A DNA stretch of 64,000 nt from Selaginella moellendorffii (lineage: Eukaryota > Plantae > Lycopodiophyta). The notes beneath the pieces were generated by a model. The model did not search any database. It was not told the DNA's origin and worked only from the letters and a program-made list of their open reading frames with translations. Shown here one piece after another: positions 1 through 10,248 of this stretch (positions within the stretch are counted from its first letter, which is position 1; every line of letters starts with the position of its first letter). A program made the translations under genes and the position numbers. Location of the stretch: NCBI RefSeq assembly GCF_000143415.4, contig NW_003314271.1:248001-312000 (forward strand), in the 5' to 3' direction.

Positions 1-86
1 TGGAGGTTGTGAATGAGACTCCTCCAAGTGGTCGGAGGTGTGGTTAAGTGACTAAAGTAGAATGGAAAATTTAGTCGCTTACAATT

Positions 87-98
87 TGGTATCGGAGC
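87..98 (+). promoter_or_regulatory. Primer-binding site (tRNA-iMet-like)
   Basis: TGGTATCGGAGC, 3 nt after the LTR-terminal CA; one mismatch to the canonical TGGTATCAGAGC. Confidence 0.85.
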
Positions 99-3000
99 TG
101 TTCCTTAGTCCGACTTTTATTGGTGCTCAAGTATATCACCACTAGTGTTGGCATCGGAAGGTCCGAGGAATGGGCCTATCCTTGAGGAGTAGCAAGTCGG
201 GAAGACATGGCTCTCCATTACAGTTCATGTGTGAACTTGTAGACGAGGTGGTGGATAGAAAAGGGCTAATAATGGAACGACTTTGGGATCTTGGGAACAG
301 TGCAAGGTTTTCCTCATTAAGTTGAGGATGTGATCCGGATGAGCATTTGTCTCAGCAAATTGGCTAAGGTTGTTGTGGTAAACAACTAAAGTTGGGATCA
401 CGGGAAAGATAGAGACTCCAAAACAATAAAGGAGTCACAAGATTATCCTCATATAGTTGAGGTTGGTGCTCATGAATGTGAGACCAGAGGTAATGACCGT
501 GGGAGGTCAAATACGGAAGAGGACTCAAGTCCTTGAAATGGTAGCCGGGGCTACCTTTAATAAATGCTGGAACAACCCAAGGAGTTGGGGGGTGTACTTA
601 GAGATGAGTGGTATTCTCATCGCATGGACAAGTAGTCCTAAGGGGCAAAAGTTGCCTCCAGAGAACAAAATCAAGTGTCGGAGTAACACTTGTGAAAATA
701 GTCCTTTTGAGTAGGACAGGAATGCAAGAAGTGTATTCCAGTGAGCTAGTGCCTCACAAGTAGGACCTTACGGGTCTGTGGATTAACCAAGTCCAAAACT
801 GCTGGATGACTCAAGTAGAGTCAACGGATGGTCCTAAAAGGACTGATGGAAGCATTTGGACTGTGGTGTGTTGTACCCCACAAAGGATGGGGGGGGGATC
901 ATAGGATCCAAGGATGAGGACAGAGGGTATCTCATCGATGGCAAAATGTGCCATGCTAAAGTTATGGGAAAGGTGTTCCCAGAAGAAAACAACTTTGACA
1001 TAAAGTTGTGTGTGACCTTTATGGTGCAGTGCTAACAGATGGTTGGCATGAGAAAGAGCGGTGTTGGTCTTGGCAAAGACTTAGACACGAAGGGGAAATG
1101 TCATAGAGGTAGGCTCGTGGAGCCGATGGTGTGGAGACACCAAATGTGCCAAGGTGTGATACCTTGAGGCTATGTTGGTGGGTTCATGAGAACCCCTTGC
1201 CAAAGGAATCCCAATGGAAATGGGAACAGCATAGCCTAAGCTGCAGAGCATGCAGTTGGAGTGTGGTGACCCAGATAATGATGGAGGTGTGAAAGCACCA
1301 AGCAATGAGTTGTAGGACTTGACAACTATGAGGCAACTAAGCAAGAGGTGCAAAATAACTGGCTAAACGGGTAGAGGGTAGCTACCCAAGACTTCTAGCA
1401 TAGGGAAGTCAGATATACCCTTACGGGGGATAAGTTGCTTATGTTGCGATATAGTAAGTCAATGTCATAAAAGGAAATACTCATTGTCAAGAAAGCCATC
1501 ATTGGGACACCCGAACACTCTAGAACACCAGAAGGTGGTGTTTAATGTTGCGAGGGCAATGGATAAAGCCCAAGGGACTAAGTCCTTAGCGAATGATGGA
1601 TAGAAGGTGCTATCCAAATGTCCAAGGTTGCGAAGACAGGAGAGGACTGTCTACCCAAGTTGGACAAAGCCAAAAATGGAATTTTGGCAAGGCTAGTGAT
1701 GGGCATGTAAAGGCCCATAAGCAACAATGTAATCCCAGTGTGTGGGATTATAAGGTGAGCATACCCGGATTGAGGAACCACTCCCTGGGCTATTGGGTAG
1801 GTTCATCCCTAAGAATACTTGCTAAGGCATGATAGAAAGTGCAAAGCTATCCTCCTGGTCTGGAGGAGAATGACCAAAGGAAAGGTGTGAAGCCAAAAAA
1901 GCAAGAAGTAAGGGGATAGAACCGAACCGTAGGAATCAAAGGGCATAACCAAGGTTGGTTATGCCAGCTGGGAGTGGAGAATCAAGTGGGGGCTCGAGGG
2001 TGTTGCCGCTAGCAATCGTGATGCCATGGAGAGTCTAAAATATGGAATTGTCCATGTTAGACTATGTGACAATTGGAGGGCTTGCAAAAAGGGAGGCCTT
2101 AGCAAGCTGAGGGACAGAGTTCCTTCAAGGTTCCCAAAGACGATTCTAGGTAGCTTAGTACCTAGAAAGGCCAAGTGTAAATGGTTCATGGAACGCGCGA
2201 AATCAGAGTGGCGCAGCAAAAGCGTGGTCTTGAAGCTTGCCATGAGGCAAGGCTATCAAGGTTAGGGAAGTAGTTCCCGAGTGTTCAAAGAGAGGGCTTT
2301 GAACGAAAGTTGATGGTCAAGGACTTTCACGCTTATGCAGGAACCATGTTACAGTGGTCGGAGGACTTGCCAAGCGAGATTGGCACGTCGGGGGAACAAA
2401 TACCCTAGTTGAAGGTGATAACTTCAAAAAGGGGGGGCCATGGGGCCGAGTATGGAGGAGTCCATGCATGATCACAGACATGTCAAGTGAGAGGACTTGG
2501 CAGTGTGGAGGAACTAGGTTCCTAAACTGTGATCTGTAGCGCGCTTTAAAAATAAGTTGGTGCACCGGCGTGGGGAGTCACGCCAGGCATCTTGTGTGAT
2601 GCCGTCCGTAGATGCATATACGGAGGTTGGGTTCGAGTCCCGACCCTCTAGTGCTTGGGTTCGAGTCCCAAATCACTAGGGCGTGGTGATGGTTTGGAAT
2701 ATGAGGACACTCATATTTCGGTGGTCATGGACTCTCAGTGGGGAGACTGGTTTGGGCACACTGCCAAGCGAGGGATGCCTCGGAGTCGTGATGCACGGTT
2801 AGATTGCTTAGTGTGAAAGCTCAGCATATCTAACTTGAACACTTTGGTGCAAGTGGCACCAAGGTCGTGGTGAGTGAGATGGGGACACCTAATCTCAGTT
2901 GCTATGAACCCTTGGCCATAAGGGCTAGCTTGGGTGCACCGCCAAGTGTGGGGGATGCCCCCGGGGTTATAGTCAACAACTTGGAGGTCTAGAAGACCAA

Positions 3001-4181
3001 GTACCTCTTGGCAACTCTGTTAAGGTGCCAAGGTGAAATCACTAGGTGATCTTATGGCCAGATAAGGACAAGGTCCTTGGTTGGCTAAGGAATGAAGTTC
3101 CTGGTTCAAAATGTTGAAATTGAACTGTTTAAGGTGGTGTGGCTTGGTCATGATGACCAAGTGGGAAGAGCACCTAAGGGAAATAAAGTATGTCCGTGCA
3201 ATGGCATAGTGAGTCCGAGGAAAGTAGTCTCTATAAAAGACCCATGGGAGGGTCACGAAGTTGGGCCGTGGATAGAGCCCATAACAGAAGATGCTAAAGA
3301 GACGTACTAGGGGTGAACATCCTCCGGACTTGGCAAAGAAGAGTCTTTGCTATGGAACCGAAATAATACCTCAAGGAGGGAGGTAGAGATTCGATGTTGC
3401 TTGGTGCAACAATCAACGGATAGGAGCAAAAGATGAGTGGCCAAGATAGGGCTGTGGAATCCCTTGGAAGGAATCCAAGTGACAAAGTTAGGCGAGGAAC
3501 ACTAATGTGTTGGACGCTAACAAGTTGCGGGAAAGGAAGTGTGTTTCCAAAGAGGGATTCCGAAATGCTCCGATTTGGCGAAAGTGGAAGCTCCAAGGGA
3601 GGGAGCGGTAAGGTAGCCAAATGATAGGGCCATGAACAGCCCTAGCACAAAGTATGATAACTGGAACTTTGGCACGAAATAGAAGAGAGGATGATGGTGC
3701 CCTCAAGTAGAGAACTTCCTAGGATGGGAAGTGGAGTTGCACAAAAGGTGCAAGGCAAGGTGTCGGAGACACCTAGGAAATTGACTCCAAGAAGTCAAAA
3801 TTCAAAGTTCCAAAGTGCAAAGGTTATATCGATGGAAATTGAGACTACTCGAGAAGGAGTAGTGGGATTGACTTAGAGAAGGATCTCTAAGAGGTTTAGC
3901 GAGAACTAAACCAATAAAAGGAGAGAACCATTATATGTGGTCCAATCAGTCTCTGAGTTGAAGAGACTACCCTCCTTAGAGGATATGCAAAAAGGCATGG
4001 TGAGCCTTCAATGTCCAAACATTGACGAATGTGGAGAAGGCATGGTGAGCCTTCAATGTCACACCATTGACAAATATTGGCTACGCGCCAAGGATGGAAA
4101 TGGTAACACATGCGGGTGTTACTTTATAAAATGGTTCACCGTTCGATGAGGACATCGAACTTCGTCTATGGGTGGTGGAGT

Positions 4182-5961
4182 TGTGAGACACAAAATCCCT
4201 AGGCCCCAAAGTGGAGCCGGAAGGGCGCCACATGGTAGTGGCCGAAGCGAGAGCCAAACGAGCGTAACACGTTTGGACCAAAAGCTCCGACTTGAAAAGT
4301 CAAGAGCGGGAGTGGAACTCCCAAAGAAGTGCTCGAGGAACGAGCACGAAGCAAGCAAAAGGCGAGGCTCCAAAAAGGGACCCAAAAGGGCCAACACATG
4401 ACACGTGGGAGTGTCCGAGATGGACCCGAGTTGGAGTCCGAAGTGGAGTCCGAGATGGACCCGAGTTGGAGTCCGAAGTGGAGTCCGAGATGGACCCGAG
4501 ATGGAGTCTGAGAAGGAGTCCGAAGTGGAGTCCGAGATGGACCCGAGATGGAGTCCGAGATGGAGTCCGAGATGGAGTCCGAGGTGGACCCGAGATGGAC
4601 CCGAAATGGAGTCCGAGATGGAGTCCGAGATGGACCCGAGATGGAGTCCGAGATGGAGTCCGAGGTGGACCCGAGAGGGACCCGAAATGGAGTCCGAGAT
4701 GGAGTCCGAGATGGACCCGAGATGGAGTCCGAAATGGAGTCCGAGATGGACCCGAGATGGACCCGAGATGGAGTCCGAGATGGAGTCCGAGATGGAGTCC
4801 GAAGTCGAGACCGAGACCGGGACCGAGACCGAGACCGAGACCGAGATCGGGACCGAGACCGAGACCGAGGCCGAGGCCGAGACCGAGCCCGAGCCCGAGT
4901 CCGAGTCCGAGTCCGAGTCCGAGTCCGAGTCTGAGTCCGAGTCCAAGTCCGAGTCCGGAGCCTGAGAGGGTGAAAGCCCAAAGCGTTCGTCTCCCAGACC
5001 CTGGGGGGTTTGGTGAGCTCCAAAAGTATAGTAGGGGGAGGACTGCAGTGGAGCCAGTTTGGCCAGGAAAGGCCAGTTTGGCCCAGGAAGGCCGGACCCA
5101 GGGTTGGGTGAGGAGCTGCCCACTGGGAAGTCCAAGACTAGAGTGAACACAGACCGACAAGTGGGGTAACTTGGTGAAGTGTTCAAGAGCCGGCTCTAGT
5201 TCCCCCGGGAGATCGACTGGCCGATGCTCTCAGTCCAAGTGTGGGTGGCACTACCTACTTGGATACCTATCGTGGCTCAACGGAACCTCGCTCTAAGCCC
5301 ATGGCTAGAGCACCTAAAGACAAAAGGCGAGGAGAGTACCCAGGTGGCTTGCGTAAGGCCACGGTGTTCCGAAATGTTGTCCCAAAGGCCCAGACTGTGG
5401 AGAGTAAGAGGCGCAGTCCTCTGGGGTAGTGACCAAGGACACAGTCGTGGGGTGAGGAAGTCCCAGAGGACCGTGGGACTTAATGGTCGGGCCTGTGGGT
5501 CTCGATCCAGTGGCAGTGTTGGCAAACACGGCCAGGGGCAGAAAAGGACTTAGTGGGGACTGACAGAGGGATATTGGGGAAGGCTATTCCCCTTGTTGGT
5601 GGGCATCCTAAGGATGCTAAGGAGTGGATCTGAGATGACCACTCACGGATGGTTTGCCTAGTCTTGGAGAGCCAAGACTGTGATGCAAGTGGTAGTGGAC
5701 TACCAGTGTGGCAAAGGTGATTGGGCATGGCCTTAGCGTAACGGGCTGCTATGTCGGTGGTGCCTTTGAGTGTCGGTCATGGGATCGGACACGTGGAGCA
5801 CTTGGACCAAGTGCAAATGTTGAGTGGCATGGATGCCATTCTCGGGGCTAGCAAGTCCCAAGTCCTGGATTGGACTTATGGAGGTTGTGAATGAGACTCC
5901 TCCAAGTGGTCGGAGGTGTGGTTAAGTGACTAAAGTAGAATGGAAAATTTAGTCGCTTACA
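4182..5961 (+). repeat. 3' LTR (about 1.78 kb), TG...CA
   Basis: Starts TGTGAG after the PPT and ends CTTACA. The end matches window bases 1-83. The start matches the inverted copy ending at 7314. Confidence 0.85.
4408..4960 (+). repeat. Minisatellite in the LTR: 12/11-bp units GAGATGGAGTCC/GAGATGGACCC, then hexamers GAGACC/GAGGCC/GAGCCC/GAGTCC
   Basis: Directly visible tandem units. They explain the stop-free low-complexity ORFs in several frames. Confidence 0.97.
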
Positions 5962-6670
5962 ATAGGCTTCTTCAAGCTTTTGGTTCTTTAAGTTTCATGC
6001 TCATTGTTCCATTTGTTATAAGTTGTTAGGGGAAGGCATTTTAGCTCATTAGCTTCGATGTTGAAGTTGTCTTTTGCATCTCGCAATCATTGATGATGAT
6101 TGACTATCATCTCAGATAGTTGATTATCCTTGTCAAAAGGTTTTGCTTGATTGTTGTTGATATAAAATGATTTACTATTCTTTGGGATGGTGGATTTCCT
6201 CTTTGACGATGATTTTATATCTCATTATTAATAGGATGATTGATGATCTTTCATGATGGTTAGTTATTCTCTTTGATAGCTTATAGTTTTTCGCAATACC
6301 ACATGTTGTTTGTGGTTTGCTCTGGATTGATCTCTTGGGTTTGAGACATCAGTAGGATGTTGCTGACACTTGCTTAGGCAACTTGAGTTCCTTGGTGTTG
6401 TTGACTGGGATCTATTTAGATTGGCTAGTGTGATAGTTGGCATGAATGAGTGTTTGTTGGTTTGCCACATTCATTCTATTCTGTTGATTATTGCTTGAGT
6501 TAGTTTCGATAGATTAGAATGTTATTTCTTTCAGGTGATACATTCATGAGCATTGTGCTTGCCAGTCAATGATACTTTATGTTCTTTAAGTTATCTTTGG
6601 TAAGTTATTTGGCATACTATCTACCATCTTTAGTAGTTAAGTTTCATCATTGAGTTTCCTTGATGATATA

Positions 6671-7314
6671 CTCGGACTCCATCTCGGGTCCATCTCGGAC
6701 TCCATCTCAGGTCCATCTCAGACTCCATCTCGAACTCCATCTCGGGTCCATCTCGGGTCCATCTCGAACTCCATCTCAGACTCCATCTCGGGTCCATCTT
6801 GAGTCTAACTCAGACTCCATCTCGAGTCTAACTCAGACTCCATCTCGAGTCCATCTCAAGTCCATCTCGAGTCCATCTCACACTCCATCTCGAACTCCAT
6901 CTCAGACTCCATCTCGGACTCCATCTTAGACTCCATCTCGGGTCCATCTCGGACTCCATTTTAGACTCCATCTCGTACTCCATCTCGGACTCCATCTCGA
7001 ATCCATCTTAGACTCCATCATGGACTCCATCTTGGGTCCATCTTGGGTTCATTTTGGACTCCATCTCGGGTCCATCTCGGATTCTGCCATGTGTCATGTG
7101 TTGGTCCTCTTGTGTCCCTTTTCTAAAGACTCACTTATTGCTTGCTCCGTGCTTGTTCCTTAAGCACTTCGTTGAGAGTTCCACTCCCACTCTCGATCTT
7201 TCAAGTTGGAGTTTTTAGTCCAAACGTGTTACGCTCGTTTAGCTTTCACTTCGGCCACTACCACGTGGCACCCTTTCGGCTCCACTTTGAGGCCTAGGGA
7301 TTTTGTGTCTCACA
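6671..7314 (-). mobile_element. Older, partial inverted copy of the same LTR family (5' part including the minisatellite)
   Basis: Reverse complement of about 4182-4800. Ends ...GATTTTGTGTCTCACA at 7314. The GGACTCCATCTC repeats carry many C>T changes. Confidence 0.9.
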
Positions 7315-8214
7315 AGAAGTAGATCAAATCAAAGTTCTAGCAAACATGGCTGCTTTTGCAATTTTTTAGTCAAACAATTTTATAAATGGCCGGATTATGT
7401 GCAGATCACATATTATTATAAAGAGCATTGTGATAAGAATGAGATTCCTTATCATGGTCAATTTGATCTGACTAGAGGAAAGTCATTATTTCCTCAGAAG
7501 CTTTCAATAGATATTTGACATTGGGTGATTTATATGGTTCAGTAGAATTTCATATCAAATTAGATTTATAATGAGCATGTACAGATTGTGGGAAGGAACA
7601 AGTCAGCTGGTGAACCTCCTTGTCGAGATGATTTTCTAACTATGCAGAATATTAACAATTTGCATAGGAAGTATTTGCTTTTAACTTATTGACTACATGA
7701 GAATGATGCACAATGTGTATGTATTTAAAAGAACACAAATCCCAAGAAAATATTTTTCTATTAGGAAGGTGATCAAGGTAAAGATTGTTTTACCATAAAG
7801 ATTCAAACAATTTAGCAATTGCAAAACATGGTGGACTTTATAAATAATAATTTATTGAGTTTTGATGCAACTTTTGAAACTAATGTTTACAAGATAAATT
7901 TTAAAATTTCAACAACACGTTAATAGTTATAATACATCCTCGAAGCAGGCAAAACCTTTGGTAGAAAGAATTACAAGTAAAAGAAAAAAATTTAGTAGTC
8001 TAGAAGCAATTTCTTTTACTAGGTAGAGGAAGACAAAAAAGAAAAATTCTTTAAACAAAAAACTTAATCTTAGCAAAGAATAAATTTAAAAAAACTCTTT
8101 ATATACTTACATTGCATATGAATAAATTTGTGAGAAGATTTCATAGCAAAAGTGGATCACCACTTCTACTATTGATCATAGTCATCTATGACACTCATTA
8201 GCCATATAAAGCAT

Positions 8215-8500
8215 GTAGAAAGGCATCCACACATATGCTAATTGAAATTTGGCCAAGTGTTGGGGCTGTGGCCACTTGGAAACAATTAGGGTGCATGCTA
8301 GGCTTGGGCAGACATGCAGCGGGTGGGTGGGAGTGTGGGCAATAGCTGTAGGCAGGAGTGTGCAGCTGTGACAGACGGGAGAGGGAGTGCACTGATGGCC
8401 TAATGCCATCATCATCAACAAACAAAAAGAAGGCCTGATGCCACATCACTGCCAGGTAAGCAGAGAGAGAGAGAGAGTGAATGAGGATGGTGTTTAAAGG
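8215..8500. repeat. About 280-bp interspersed repeat, inverted copy at about 23707-23950
   Basis: Present in the copy-1 flank and absent at the matching site in copy 2 (about 25346). Its reverse complement matches 23707-23950. Confidence 0.75.
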
Positions 8501-8622
8501 GAGGCGTGAAGAGTGCTTTTATTTTAGTAGTTATGGTAAACTCCTATTTTGAACACAATGCACTTTCTAAACTTAAAAAGCTTAAAATCTCCATGATAAT
8601 TAACTTTCATTTCAAAATCAAA

Positions 8623-9787
8623 TTAAATCCTCCGAGTGTCCAAGAGCCACTGGCGATTAAGTCCCCCAGCTTGCAAAGCAGTCATATAATCCTTATAAAC
8701 CATAGGCTTAAACAGTGGAGAGCCCTCCACCAATTTGCTTGCTGGGTGCACCAAACTCTCCCAATTTGGCCCCATTGCCACTGGAATGGACATTCGATCT
8801 TCACTGCTATTAACCACAGCCCTGTGCTGGGCACTCTTATACTTGTCATTGCTCAAAATCTGCAAGAGAATAAAAAGAAAACATTAACTTTGACCAGTCA
8901 GTCAATGCTAGTAAAGAAAGAGTGAACGCTGACCTGGATCTGGTCGCCCAGATTGACCACGAACGAATAAGGTATGGGCTTCACGGAGTACCACTCGTGA
9001 CCGTGCATCACCTGGAGACCCTCGACGTGATCTTGGAGCAGCAGCGTGATCGATCCGGGGTCCGAGTGTGGGCCGATTCCCAGCACCATATCGGGCTCGG
9101 GGCAAGCAGGATAGAAGTTGAGAGCCATCACTTGTGAGCAGCCATTGAATGCCTTGTCGATGTATCCTTTGGAAGATTCAAGCTCTCGGAGATGATCTCC
9201 AGGAGGAACTTTGCAAGGTTGCGAACACGAGTGGAGTAATCGGCAGTAACTTTCCTATAAGATGATCATATACCAGCGATGTTAAGAAAGGACGGCGAGA
9301 AGGTATTTATACCTGTAAGATGCTGGCTTTTCAGGCCAGAGTTCTTGCATCTCGGCCAGTGGGAGGCAGCTATGGCGGAGGTAATCTCTCCAGCTAAAGA
9401 CCTTGTCTTGTGTGACATTGAAGCTGGTTCCATACCTCATTCGGGATTCGGTGTCTGTGGAGAAGTAGCGCATTTTCTCCTCGTTTGGGAGAGCGTGGAA
9501 TTCGCGAGCCACCGATTGCATTTCATCCACCAAAGAATGGGGAACACCGTGATTGATCACCTGTATGGCGAAGATCACACAATTCTCGATCAATTCTAGA
9601 CCCAGTGATGCAACAAAGAGATTTTGGGACATCCAACACCCAGCAAGAACAATAGCACACCTGGAAGAAGCCCCATTTCATGCAAGCTTCACGGATTTGC
9701 GGGACAAGCGCTGCTCGAGCCTCGCTCGAATTCAAGGCGGCGCCAAGATCCAAGACTGGGAAGCTTTCCTCGCGATGAACGGCATTT
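8623..9787 (-). pseudogene. 2-oxoglutarate/Fe(II) dioxygenase (DMR6-like) copy disrupted in exon 1 by a retroelement
   Basis: Exons near-identical to 25415-26688 (HSD, QHR, RMS motifs). Identity stops at GAACGGCATTT|TGTTAGG (9787/9788), and the first about 35 codons are missing. Confidence 0.9.
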
Positions 9788-10175
9788 TGTTAGGATCCTA
9801 TCCCTTACACCCTAAGCCAACTGGCTAAAGGGGTGATCACTTGATTGCAGGGCCCTTTCCTTATCCTATTATCCTGACCTGGTGCCTAACAATCCTCCCC
9901 CTCGTCAGGGAATGATCGTCCGCGATCATACTTAGGCCACCATCCGGTCACCATGGTCCTTCTCTTAGGGTCTACCAAACCTTGGTTCTCCCTCTAGATC
10001 CACCATGTTGAATATTCCTTCAGAATATTCCTGCCCCACTCGTCAGCCACGAGAATCGAACTGGGCTCTGATACCATTGTTAGGATCCTATCCCTTACAC
10101 CCTAACATGCCTTAATATACCCTTGAGCCTCCTTTTGACCGACGTTGACCACGTAGTCAAAGCTGGCGCCTAACA
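9788..10175 (-). mobile_element. TRIM (terminal-repeat retrotransposon in miniature): LTRs 9788-9891 and 10078-10175, PBS 10065-10076, PPT about 9892-9902
   Basis: Two about 100-bp units bounded by TGTTAGG...CCTAACA. GCTCTGATACCA is the reverse complement of the tRNA-iMet PBS. ATCCTCCCCCT is the reverse complement of a PPT. The interior is 186 bp and non-coding. Confidence 0.88.
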
Positions 10176-10248
10176 ATTCTTCCCCCCCAACAAAGTCCTT
10201 GTCCCAAGGACGAGTTGTACCGGTGATCACCCTTTCTGGGGATCCTGC

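Larger units (their letters stand above)
1..5961 (+). mobile_element. Non-autonomous/degenerate Ty3/gypsy-type LTR retroelement (5' LTR truncated by the window edge)
   Basis: Bases 1-83 are identical to 5879-5961 (LTR end ...GTCGCTTACA). A PBS-like TGGTATCGGAGC (tRNA-iMet type) lies at 87-98. A purine/G-rich tract (GGGTGGTGGAG) at about 4170-4180 precedes TGTGAGACAC at 4182. The 4.1 kb interior has no long ORF, only faint RT/RNaseH- and integrase-like remnants. Confidence 0.85.
7315..9787. repeat. Segmental duplicate of about 24468-26584 (2OGD 3' flank and gene)
   Basis: AGAAGTAGATCA... at 7315 aligns with 24468, and similarity continues through the 2OGD exons. Confidence 0.92.

Noticed and set aside
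4408-4800. CRISPR-like array
   Set aside because: There are no unique spacers, the units are contiguous, and the context is a eukaryotic LTR.
4119-5186. Several 130-355 aa ORFs resembling SR/RD/SD-repeat proteins
   Set aside because: They are by-products of a stop-free tandem repeat inside an LTR and occur on both strands in several frames.
9788-10175. Cassandra (5S-bearing) TRIM
   Set aside because: There is no 5S A/C-box segment in the LTRs. The GCGATCATAC 10-mer near 9922 is internal and likely chance.
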